From Octopus vulgaris (taxonomy: Eukaryota): DNA of 64,000 nucleotides. Positions 52,697-64,000 of the stretch are shown in pieces. A program made the translations under genes and the position numbers. The DNA lies in the NCBI GenBank assembly GCA_951406725.2, contig OX597820.1, positions 103,478,001 to 103,542,000 on the forward strand, written 5' to 3'. Below the pieces are notes generated by a model. That model did not search any database, was not told the origin of the DNA, and saw only the letters and a list, made by a program, of their open reading frames with translations. Each line of letters begins with the position of its first letter. Positions within the stretch are counted from its first letter, which is position 1.

Positions 52697-53945
52697 ATCT
52701 GCTCATCCCATAAGTTCTGTACAAATTTTGAATAAAGAAACCAAGTAATCAAATGTTATATTTAATTGAAATTTAATCATCAATGTACTTTCTGTGATTA
52801 TCTATGACTTCCTTTCATTTATTTACAAGCTTTTTAATCCCATCAATGTAAAACTCTTTTGGTTTCAAAGCGAATAACTCTGAAAGGTCAGTTTCGACCT
52901 CCTTCTGGCTGGTGAAAGTTATGTCCCCCAAATGAGTTTGTAAACTATGAAACAAATGATAGCTTGAAGGAGCAAGGTAGGCATAATAAGGTGGATGAGG
53001 AATTTTTTCCCAACCAAGCTCTTCGATCTTCTGTGAAGAGATCTTTGCCGTGTGGGGTAGCGCATTGTCCTGATGAAACACCAATCCTTTTCGATTCACT
53101 AAAGCGGGTCTTTTTTTCTTCAAAGCTTGGTTTAAACGCATTAATTGTTGTATTAGGTGGTAACGATTCAAAGTGAATTATTCCTTTGCCATCCCACCAG
53201 ATAGGGAGAAGAGCCTTTTTCCCATGAAGTTCCTTTTTCGATTGTGGTTGAGCTTTTTCCCTTTTACCAAGCCACTGTTTACGACGTTTAACATTTCGAT
53301 AGGAGATCCATTTTTCGTCAAAGGTCTATCCAAAAAGAGTGAAATGAGTTTGCAAGAATGGAGAGAAGAGCAGATGTCAACTCGGGATTTGCGGTTGCTT
53401 TCGGACAATTCATGAGGCACCCATTTTCAAAGATTAGGAACCTTTCCAAGCTGTTGAAGATGACGATGGACAGTTGTATGGTTTGAACTAAGCTTTATCG
53501 CCAATTCCTCAACTGATAATGCAGGATTTTCTTCAAGTAATACCTCAAGGAGCTTATCATCAAACTCAACTGGACATCCTGTTTGATCTTCATCTTCAAG
53601 GCTGAAATCTCCACTTCTGAATTTTGCAAACCATCTTCTGCAAGTTCTTTCATTCAAACATTCTTTCCCATAAACTGAGTGTATGTTTCGAGTCGCTTCG
53701 GTTGCAGAGTTTCCTTTTTTGCACTCATAAAGCATTATTCTCCTCAAATGCTCTTTGGATACTTCCATGTTAGAAAGAGTTTTAATCAAAGAAATTTTAA
53801 TTCTATTACTCTGTAAAATAATATTTAATTAGTTAAATGTACACAAATGCATAAAAATAATTTTTAATTCCATTAGGCATTCTAAAATACTATTAAATTT
53901 CATTCAATATTAAAAAATGTAAAATTGGACAGAACTTATGGGATG

Positions 53946-53952
<7 letters not shown>
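52697..53952 (-). mobile_element. Full-length decayed mariner transposon, ~1.25 kb
   Basis: TIRs tcatcccataagttctgtacaaattt / aaaattggacagaacttatgggatga; ORFs give HTH MEVSKEHLRRIMLYECKKG.., PHELSE, HQDNALPH, HPPYYAYLAPSSYHLF; frameshifts. Confidence 0.95.
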
Positions 53953-53976
<24 letters not shown>

Positions 53977-54044
53977 TGTATGTATGTATGTATGTATGTA
54001 TATATGCATGTATGCATGTATGAATGTATGTATGTATGAATATA

Positions 54045-54440
54045 GGCGCAGGAGTGGCTGTGTGGTAAGTAGCGTGTTTACCAACCACATGGTTCCGGGT
54101 TCAGTCCCACTGCGTGGCACCTTGGGCAAGTGTCTTCTACTATAGCCTCGGGCCGACCAAAGCCTTGTGAGTAGATTTGGTAGACGGAAACTGAAAGAAG
54201 CCCGTCGTATATATGTATATATATATGCGTGTGTATGTTTGTGTGTCTGTGTTTGTCCCCCTAGCATAGCTTGACAACCGATGCTGGTGTGTTTACGTCC
54301 CCGTCACTTAGCGGTTCGGCAAAAGAGACCGATAGAATAAGTACTGGGCTTACAAAAGAATAAGTCCCGGGGTCGATTTGCTCGATTAAAGGCGGTGCTC
54401 CAGCATGGCCGCAGTCAATGACTGAAACAAGTAAAAGAAT
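54045..54440 (+). mobile_element. Full-length family-A SINE
   Basis: Best match to the family-A consensus. Confidence 0.92.
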
Positions 54441-54483
54441 ATATATGTATGTATGAATATATATTTGTATATATGAATATATA

Positions 54484-54566
<83 letters not shown>

Positions 54567-54729
54567 ATATGCATATATGTATTTTTAAGAGGTCACCATC
54601 ATTAAACCCATTCCAATACAATGCTAAAGGAAAAATAAGTAAATAAATGAATGAAAAGTGAATAGGAATACCCTTTTTCTCTCGCTTTCCCTCTAACCAT
54701 CTGTCTATCTGTCTGATTATCTATCTATC

Positions 54730-54787
<58 letters not shown>

Positions 54788-55027
54788 AGCCTATCTACCT
54801 ACCTATGTTTCTATCTATCCATCTCCATTGTCTTGAAACCTCACCCCCAAAAAACAAAAACAATGTTCTCTTCTAAACAAAACCCAAAAAAGCATCTGTT
54901 TTATATAAATGAACAAGCTGTTTGTATATTCACAAAATTGCATTTGACAAGTTCTAGAGAGGGACAAAAACGCTAATAATAAGGATTTTTTTCCAAAATT
55001 CTGACGACTTTTTTTTCTCAATATAAA

Positions 55028-55092
<65 letters not shown>

Positions 55093-55494
55093 GTATATAC
55101 ATATATATGTATATATGAATATAAATATATATATACATATATATGTATATACATATATATAATGTATATACATATATATGTGTGTGTACATATATACATA
55201 CATACATACATACATACATACATACATACATACATACATACATACATAGAGAGATTATATTCTTTTCTACTGTAGTCACAAGGACCAAAAATTTAGGGGA
55301 TGGGGTCAGTCGATTACATCAACCCCAGTACGCAACTGATACTTAATTTATGAAAGGCCAACTCGACCTCGGCGGAATTTGAACTCAATAGAGAGAATAT
55401 ATTACCTTATATATGTATGTATGCGTATACATGTGTATGTATGTATCTCTCTCTCTCCCTATACACACATATATGTGTGTATATATACACACAT

Positions 55495-55655
55495 ATATTT
55501 CTTTATTGCCCACAAGGGGCTAAACATAGAGGGGACAAACAAAGACAGACATAGGTATTAAGTCGATTATATCGACCCCAGTGCGTAACTGGTGCTTAAT
55601 TTATCGACCCCGAAAGGATGAAAGGCAAAGTCGACCTCGGCGGAATTTGAACTCG
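55495..55655 (-). mobile_element. Family-B SINE 3' part
   Basis: tatttctttattgcccacaaggggctaaacatagaggggac..gtcgacctcggcggaatttgaactc. Confidence 0.85.
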
Positions 55656-55987
55656 GAGCGTGTATATACACACATATATGTGTGTGTATACATACACACA
55701 CAAATACGTGTATACGCATGTGTGTATGCCTCTTACACACACGCACACACGCAAACACACATAAACTTACACATTCACATATTGATTTTGTGTTTACCAT
55801 ATCTGCTTTGTATGGAATTATTCTTTCAGTTCCATTTCATTTAGTAGACAATTGTCGTAGCACTAAAACCGTTAATTCCTTCATTGCATACTTTGGAAAG
55901 AATGAATTTACTTTAATTTTGCACGATGTGAATCATGTTTTTGACGAACGTGTGTATTAATTCAGACTTTATATACAACATATCGTG

Positions 55988-56275
55988 AAGGCGTGTGACT
56001 TAGTGTTTAGGGTATTCGGCTTACGATTGTAAGGTCGTGAGTTCAATTCCAGGATATCTGTTATCTCCTTGTGCAAGACACTTTATGTTACGTTGTTCTA
56101 GTCCACTAAGTTGGTAAAAATGAGTCGTACCTGTTTTTCAAAGTGTCACGCTGGATCTCCCTGAGAACTATGTGATGGGTGCGCTTGTTTGTGGAGTGTT
56201 CACCAGCATGCACGTTAATTTCAAGAGCCGGCTATTCCGTTGATCGGATCAACTGGAACCCTCGTCGTCGTAACA
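55988..56275 (+). mobile_element. Family-C tRNA-headed CORE-like SINE
   Basis: A box ..gacttagtgtttagg, B box gagttcaattcc, ccttgtgcaagacacttta; related minus-strand copy at 61620-61862. Confidence 0.7.
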
Positions 56276-57159
56276 TATCAAATGAACAACCCCATACCTC
56301 ATCCTTAAACTCACCATGACTGCTAAGCTTCGATATCATTACTGATCACCTCTTACTGTGTGTCCAACATTTACAGAGTAGCAAACTCAGAAAATATTCC
56401 GAAACGAAGCTCAAATAAAATACAACGGAATAAGGTTCTCGGATATGGGACGGTACTGCTGCTGTTGCTACAGATATACTGGCGGTACCTCAGCATGGCC
56501 ACATTCTTTGGTCTGAAACGTATAAAGGAATAAAAGAATACCTCCAAGACCGCATTTAAAAGAAAGCCACTTAGCAGATTAGTAAAGACTGATTCGCTTA
56601 ATCGCTCCAATCTCTATCTGCAGGTATATAATCTCATATCTATGCCTTTCTACCTCTACTACAACTGCCTCTGTTCTACAGAGATAGCTATATTCATATC
56701 ATCTCCACCATAGACTTGTTTGGTCGCACCATCTCAGCATGTGCCGATGGCGTTCTCTCTGGTTCACACCCTATCAATTCCATATCACTGTTTTAGTCCC
56801 TTCTGTACATTAAAGGGCTTCATTCATATATAGATGATACTATTCTCGATTTTCTTTCATTTCCTACACTGAGACATAACCGATACACTTATCTCTACAC
56901 TTAAGATTTACTTTAATCATAATACCCAATCTTTTACCCAAGAACGACAACTCTCTGGAAACACATCATCTTCAGACATCAACACATTGTCTTCAGACAC
57001 ATCATCTTCAGACAACTTCGAAAGCCAGTAAAGGTCGAGTGTATAATCCCTTCCTCTTATCTACACTACAAAAAGTACTCGGCTAGTACTTATTTTACCA
57101 ACGTCAAAGGCAAGGGAAAGCAGGCTGATGTCGGCGGATTTAAACCTATAATATGTCCG

Positions 57160-57600
57160 GAGAATATCAGCAGCCGAAATGGGTTTTTCTCCAAGAAATC
57201 TCTGAAGTAACGTTACTCGACAGACTGCGTAACTCGAAGATCAAGGGGTGTCCGCGGGTTAAACTGCAACTTCGCATTGAGAGGAATTATGGACATGTGA
57301 TTAGAATGAAGCAGGTAAGAATCGTGAGACGGATTTCTCAAGCCGAACCAGCCGGTAGGATTTTTGGAGCAGACGAAGAACGAGGTGTTTGAATAATATC
57401 CATATTCTGATTTGGTCACGCTTAGGAAAGTGTAATGAGAGTTGCTTTAGATACAATTTTGTTAAGGAGTCGTCTGAGGACTCTTACTCCAATGACTCTA
57501 CCAGGAATACTGATCGGATACCGATGGATGGATGGATAGATGGATGGATGGATGGATGGATGGATGGACGGACGGACGGACAGACGGATGGATGGATGGA
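57160..57600 (+). mobile_element. RTE-clade LINE 3' end with (GGAT)n tail
   Basis: FLQEISEVTLLDRLRNSKI..YGHVIRM..VRRI.QAEP.GR. Confidence 0.75.
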
Positions 57601-59079
57601 TTGAACATGCTTAGCACTCAACCATTTCTACTCACCATGGCCTTTATCCTCAAACACAAACTGTAGCAATTATAAAAATAAATATTTGTTTTCTTCTGCC
57701 TATTTCTTTTCATGTGTAATAACAACTGAACAATAAAATGGTTCAACTCTGGAGCTATGAAACATATGTTATAAATACACGTCTATGTACGTGTTCCGTA
57801 AGAAATAGTCGAGAATAATATTACGAACGTGAATCTTCATTTCCGGAGTCACTGATATCCAGTTCGTGTCATAGTAATCAATGCATATATCTCTTATTTT
57901 GATTTGTCTTTTGTCTTTCTGGAGAAAAAAAAATAGTGACGCTAAATAAGTGTATTATTCTTGGTTTAATTCATCTGACTTTCCTCTTGCTCTACAAACA
58001 CTAGCCTTGAACCCAGAAAAAAAAACAGTCACTATGAATGAATGAATGAATGAATGAATGAAGGAATGAATGAATGAATGAATGAATGAATGAATGAATG
58101 AATGGATGGATGGATGGATGGATGGATGGATGGATATAAGCAAATAAAGAAATACGTAAATGAATAATCTAATTCCATCTTATTCATCTGGTTACTAAAA
58201 TAAAATTCACGAGCAAAAAGTAGAAACTGCATTGCTAAGACTTTTAACACATGTCACAATTGAAAGCTTGTAGTACAAACAACTTTTAGCAATGGCGGAA
58301 CCGACATTGCTTTTCATAGTTTAGAAGTTTATAAATTAAACACTAACAATATATCGGGGCCGAAGTTAAAAGACCAAACCCTTTTTCCCTTTACAAAATA
58401 ATCTTGCGTCAAGTTAAAAAGGAAGCAGTGATGCTGTTTATCAAATTAGGAGAGCGGAAGATAATGTCAAATATTTCTTTTAATGATACTAAAAGAAAGC
58501 TCTGCCCATCCCGTCTACAGTAGATCCTATTATGGACGTTGTTGTTCTTAGTGTTATTTATCTCTATATCCGTTCTGATCAAAGAAGCTCCACCGGTGAA
58601 CATTCCGTCTTCTTTCTTTTCCTTTACTTTTATTTTTTAGACAGTCTATTTAAAACTACATTATCCAAGATGTCTTTCATTTTCAAAAACTATGTACTGT
58701 GACTTGTATGGTTTGAGCATGGGGTGGATGACGTTTTTCGTTCTTTGAAGAAGTGTACAAAGATTCCTTGCTGCTCTCGTTCTTATTGTTAAGTCACATG
58801 TCAGCCAAGCTCCCGTCTTCACGCACAATTGTGATCAAAGTCATTACAGATATATTGTAACTATTGATACATAATCTAATGACTTTACCTTTTAAAACGA
58901 CAGGAAATTATTGCAAAGAGATTTTGATGCTATTTCCAGCAAATCAGGCAACGTTAAATTCTTCGTTGTCTCGTGGGTGGTGATTGTCAATGAAAAGAAA
59001 AATATCCAAGGGAAGTTATTAGGCGTAAATTCGCTCATAATTGTTTAAGATAAAATTAATTTATAAAGCAGTATTTATA

Positions 59080-59220
59080 GGCGCAGGAGTGGCTGTGTGG
59101 TACTTAGCTTGCTTACCAACCACATGGTTCCGGGTTCAGTCCCGCTGCGTGGCACCTTGGGCAAGTGTCTTCTACTATAGCTTCGGGCTGACCAATGACG
59201 GGAACTGAATGAAGCCCGTC

Positions 59221-59222
<2 letters not shown>
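59080..59222 (+). mobile_element. Family-A SINE 5' half
   Basis: ggcgcaggagtggctgtgtgg..gcccgtcgtatata. Confidence 0.85.
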
Positions 59223-59258
<36 letters not shown>

Positions 59259-59310
59259 TGCATATATACATACATATATGTACATACTTACATCTACATG
59301 AATATATACA

Positions 59311-59357
<47 letters not shown>

Positions 59358-59989
59358 ATATATATGAGTACAGGACACCACAAATAAACGTAGAACACAC
59401 CGAGAGACGAAAACATAAAATCAAACAAGGAAACGGACTTTTTTTATACAACGAAAAAACAGAGTACAGGACAAACAATACAAGGAAAATTCCCTTTCAT
59501 CAGCTGTCCCTGGTTCGACTCAAAGTGTGTTTCGAAGGTAAGGACAGAACATGCCGAAGCAGTCCTTCCTGCAAAAGGAATTATATAAAATTCTTTTGCA
59601 GAGGGGTAAAACAAGTGACAAAAACAGGACGTAAAAGCAATACAAATGAAGAAAAACAGTACAAATAAAGAAACAAGACAGGGAACAGACAATAAGGGCT
59701 TTTTTTGCCTGGACGGTGGAAAAATTAGTTAGAACGCATGTGAAAAATCGGCTTACGAAGGACAGAAGTCGATCTATACTTTAAAAAAGGGCGCATTTAT
59801 TATTATATATATATATTATGCATATATGTATATACACACAAATGCATGCATATGCAAATATATATTTTTATATCGTCAAGCAATATATTACTGGTTATAG
59901 CATATAAATGGTCAGAATATTACCATTAGTTTCTCATTACTATTGCCACTAGGTAATATTGCTGATTTTTGAAATATGTTAGCCAGCAG

Positions 59990-60730
59990 TAAATAACCTT
60001 TTTATGGTGGAGATACATAGATCCTAATTTAGCTTGGTAGTGGCAAAAAGTAGAACGTAACATAGTGAAAATTTGTAATTTTTCGGAGAAAAGACAAGTC
60101 ATTCCCCATAGAGCAGTTCGCCTTTGTATATCATTCTCAAGTTTAAAATGAATTTGCGTCATGAGGATTACATCCAAAAACCTCGCTTTTCTAGTTCAGT
60201 AAAGAGCCTGCATAGTATAATTTTTTTAGAATGATCTTCCTCTCGCCGAGCAGACCCTATATCTTATACTTTCATTAAGATATGGCCCAAAAGATTCTAG
60301 CAACGTCAGTGCGTATTTGTGGTAAGGCTCAGTTGTAGAATGTAAAAGTTTCCGACTGGCATTGATCTAACTAGATCATGTTTTTCAAGGAATTACAAAT
60401 AGAGCTCGTCTAAAATTACTGTAAGAATAATATCAACTTCTGCTATATGTATGAGGTTTCCTAAATCCTGCCTCGTTTGATCAAGGTTTCTACTACTCAT
60501 CTGTACCCCTTGATTGCTTCATCTCAGATGATCGACTTGGGCCTCTGCAAAAGCTTACTCTCGGGTGTGGTTTTCTTGATATTGCACCGAGGCTATTCAT
60601 ATCATTACAATGACGCTTGAAGCCACAGCAAAGGCAATTTGCTGCTTTTGGCGTATTTTCGCAAGAAGTAGGTTCATTAGGAATATCTTACATATGCCAA
60701 CAGAAATATCAATAGAGTCATTTTTTGTCA
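59990..60730 (-). pseudogene. Decayed Helitron RepHel PIF1-type helicase remnant
   Basis: GICKIFLMNLLLAKIRQKQQIAFAVASS (60615-60698; cf. PIF1 GTGKTFL..A.AVASSG), CNIKKT..KLLQ..II*DEA (Walker B), and NFRRALFVIP (cf. GDFRQ.LPVIP). Not in the ORF track because of stops. Confidence 0.8.
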
Positions 60731-60771
60731 TATTCTGATTTCCATGGTGATATGACAGGCATGTTTTAGAT

Positions 60772-61022
60772 CAGTGTATCTCAACCAACATTTACCTCTG
60801 AACCTTCTTTGATTCATATTTTACTCGGATGGACCCTCCTACCATTCGATGGTTAAAAAGAAACATATTTTGATAATTAAATATTATTAGCAATTGTATT
60901 AAAAAATTGCTAAAATATTTTGTGTATTGTAGAAGTATAGACAATTTATTGCAGATAAATTTTAGCAACAAAATTTTATATGGACCACCAAAGGGCATAT
61001 GGATCCCGGTTAAGAACTTTTG
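60772..61022. mobile_element. hAT/Charlie-like MITE
   Basis: cagtgtatctcaacc / ggttaagaactttt; internal similarity to 35433-35757. Confidence 0.65.
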
Positions 61023-61137
61023 CTCCAGAGTTCGGTCCCACTACGTGGTACCGCCAATCGAGCTTTTTTTTTTTACTCGCAAATTCACCCAAGGCTTGAA
61101 TAACATTATCTTCTGAAAGATTTCGTGCGTAAAACCC

Positions 61138-61242
<105 letters not shown>

Positions 61243-61278
61243 ACTCTCTCTCACACTCTCTCCCTCTCTCTTTCCCAT

Positions 61279-61332
<54 letters not shown>

Positions 61333-61344
61333 TCTCTATGGCAT

Positions 61345-61530
61345 CTGATTACAGGTGAGTTCACCGCCATCAATTCACCGTGAAGGAAATTTACCGCAAG
61401 GGAAGTTTACTGAGAAAATATATACATAGTATCTTACCATTGATAGTTTCCTTGTGATGCAATTTCCTCGCAGTGAACATCCCTTACGGTGAACTTTCCC
61501 TGCAATGAACTGATGACGGTTAACTTACAG
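61345..61530. mobile_element. Foldback-like MITE with repeated subterminal motifs
   Basis: gtgagttcaccgccatcaattca / tgaactgatgacggttaacttac; arms built of ~15-bp ttYaccg subrepeats. Confidence 0.6.
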
Positions 61531-62869
61531 GACATGCTAGCATCTTGCAGTTAATTGATATGCTATTCAGTACTGAAGTCGACTGAAAAGGATACCGGGA
61601 AAATATAGCATAAAAAAGGTCAAGTCAGGGCAAGGTTGTTTGTGGAAGTTACCCATGAATGCCAATCTTCCTTCTCCACGCCGCCGATGTTGTCCAAGGG
61701 AAAGTTAAAGGTCGGTTCAGCTAGGCACCAGTAACGCTGTAACTCATTTCTACAGCTGTGTGAACTAGAGCAACGTCAAATAAAGTGTCTTGCTCAAGAG
61801 CACAACACGTTTACGATCCGTGAATCGAACTCACAACTACCATTGACCCATGCGCCTGCACTATGTAATATAATATAACTTATATCCATGTATATACGGA
61901 TATATCGATACATATATATATAGATCGCTTTATCACCCTATTGTTGTATCACTGTATCGACCAGGCTACCAGATGTTGAACAGCGCTGGCCGCAATGCGT
62001 TTCTTAGCATTGTTATAGCTTTCAAATAATATGACTCCCATGGACAGGCCAAAATTCCCTTTGTACGGAATCTCAGTCCGTCGCAACTTTACACATTTAC
62101 ATCTGGGTGGATTGGAGGAACGTAAAGGGAAGAATCCAACGCACCGCCTATCTGGGAATAGAAACACGACCCTGCAACCCACTACCACTAGTACACGCGT
62201 ATATTTGTACGTGTGTACATGTGTGTGTGTGTGTATATGTGTGTGTGTCAGAGGAAGAACTGAAAACAAACTACGTCAACAAACTCTTTCTGCGGTTTAC
62301 ATGTAAACACCACCAGCTATATCATAAGTAATTAATTAGAATTATTAAATTGATTTTGCTGAATGTGATGAGGAATTCATATCATCAGGAACATACATAA
62401 ATACATACATGCACAAATACATATAGGTAGCGATTTTGCTGAAGAGAGGAAGGAGGCGGGGGAGCTTCTTTCAGCTTCCGTCTATCAAATCCACTCACAA
62501 GGCCTTGATCGGTCCGAGGCTACAGTAGAAGGCACTTGCCCAAAAGTGCCACACAGTGGGACTGAACCCGGAACCATGCGACTGGAAAGTAAGCTGCTTA
62601 CCACACAGCTACTCCTGCGCCTATAATGATGATATTAATTTTTTTTAATCTGACATATATAAACTTCCCAATAACGAAGTGGTCATATTATTTTGTTCAC
62701 TTTCTTTTTCTTCACTTTTATATCAGTCGACCCTTGCCTGCGTGTGTATAGATCTTAGTATACCTGTACGCGTAGACACGTGTGCGAGCATACATACATA
62801 CATACATACATACATACATACATACATACATACATACATACATACATACATACATACATACATACATAA

Positions 62870-63030
62870 AGGCGCAGGCGTGGCTGTGTTGTAAGAAGCT
62901 TGCTTTTCAACCACATGGTTCAGGGGTCAGTCCCACTGAGTGCCACCTTGGGTAAGTATCTTCTACTCTAGTCTCGGTCCGATTAAAACCTTTTGAGTGG
63001 ATTTGGTAGAGAGAAACTTGAAGAAACTCG

Positions 63031-63077
<47 letters not shown>

Positions 63078-63295
63078 TTTGTATCTGTTGCCATTACTGC
63101 TTGGCAACCGGTGTTGATGTGTTTACGTCCCCGTAACTTAGCGGCTCTACAAAAGAGCCTGATGGAATAAGTACTAGGCCTAAAAAGTAAGTCTTTGGAT
63201 CGATTTGTTCGCTTAAAACCCTTCAAGGCGGTGCTCCAGCATGGGCTGCAGTCAAAATGACTGATACAAATAAAAGAATAAAACAATAAAAGAAT
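62870..63295 (+). mobile_element. Diverged family-A SINE
   Basis: Head, CORE-like block and tail all present. Confidence 0.85.
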
Positions 63296-63309
63296 ATATA
63301 TATCTACAT

Positions 63310-63748
63310 GTATGTATGTATGTATGTATGTATGTATGTATGTATGTATGTATGTCATTATCCAGTTTATTTCAAGATTTCGTACCAATAGAGAAAGAAC
63401 CGGTTTCTAACCTAGAACCAAGATTCCTTCATTGGAATATCAACATCAGCAACAGGGTGTTTTTGTATGTATGTATGTATGTATGTATGTATGTATGTAT
63501 GTATGTATGTATGTATGAGTGTGTGTAGATTTGTATGTTTTGTTTTATGTATGTATTCTCATGCATATACTTGCATATCTAGACACGCTCATATATATTT
63601 AAATGATAAACTTCTGGAAAGTTTTACAGATTTTTACAGTTCCAGTGATCGACTAGATTTGTAGTCTTCGAATTAGCTTTCTCATTTCTGGTTTTGAGAA
63701 GCCTGATTTCTCAAGATTGGTATTTAGGTAGTGTGTTACATATCCTAG
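63310..63748 (-). mobile_element. 3' end of the (TACA)n-tailed RLE LINE family
   Basis: Reverse complement of ~5790-6245. Confidence 0.85.
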
Positions 63749-63902
63749 GGCTAAGTCGATTACATTGACCCCAGTACCTATTTTGTCGATCCCGAAAGAA
63801 TGAAAGGCAAACTCGACCTCGGCGGAATTTCAACTCAGAAAGTAAAAATTTACGAAATGCCGCTAAACATTTTATCCGGCGTGCTAATGATTCTGCTAGC
63901 TT
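63745..63902 (-). mobile_element. Family-B SINE 5' part
   Basis: gaaaggcaaactcgacctcggcggaatttcaactcagaa. Confidence 0.8.
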
Positions 63903-63940
63903 ACTGCACTAATAATAGTAATAATAATAATGATAATAAC

Positions 63941-63987
<47 letters not shown>

Positions 63988-64000
63988 CAACAACAATAAT

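Noticed and set aside
53427-53789. SETMAR-like domesticated transposase gene
   Set aside because: Bounded by TIRs and frameshifted, with no SET domain; an ordinary dead mariner.
58150-58620. Unique-looking non-repeat islands as possible enhancers (also 10850-11170, 28980-29420, 50930-51085)
   Set aside because: No evidence available from sequence alone; requires cross-species conservation or chromatin data.
62350-62392. CTGATGA with tgaat/attca stem on the minus strand (also 31540-31582, 20972-20995, ~1005)
   Set aside because: GAAA and stems I/III missing or unpaired; too degenerate to call a hammerhead.

Overview
This is AT-rich eukaryotic DNA dense in microsatellites and transposon debris. 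The tRNA-derived SINE families and microsatellite load suggest an octopus (coleoid cephalopod) intronic or intergenic region; that assignment is an inference. No intact host gene is visible, and most ORFs in the track are translations of simple repeats. Recognisable content: (1) about 30 SINE copies or fragments from at least three families; (2) non-LTR retrotransposon remnants of the R4/Dong-type RLE, L1/Tx1, CR1 and RTE clades; (3) Penelope-like (GIY-YIG) remnants; (4) two full-length decayed mariners, a third 5' half, and hAT, Tc1 and foldback MITEs; (5) Helitron pieces, including a decayed PIF1 helicase. The most notable hidden signal is a set of about ten short hammerhead-ribozyme-like motifs in unrelated repeat families. 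Several have non-canonical cores (compensatory G3-C8, recurrent U4C, A6U) and several lie at fold-back inverted repeats. A separate two-copy repeat carries a circularly permuted hammerhead-like core with a covarying hairpin. Also notable: a SINE family shares its 3' tail with an L1/Tx1-type LINE, and there is a weak candidate first coding exon on the minus strand at 34171-34204. All structures were read by eye, and no folding or database search was run.
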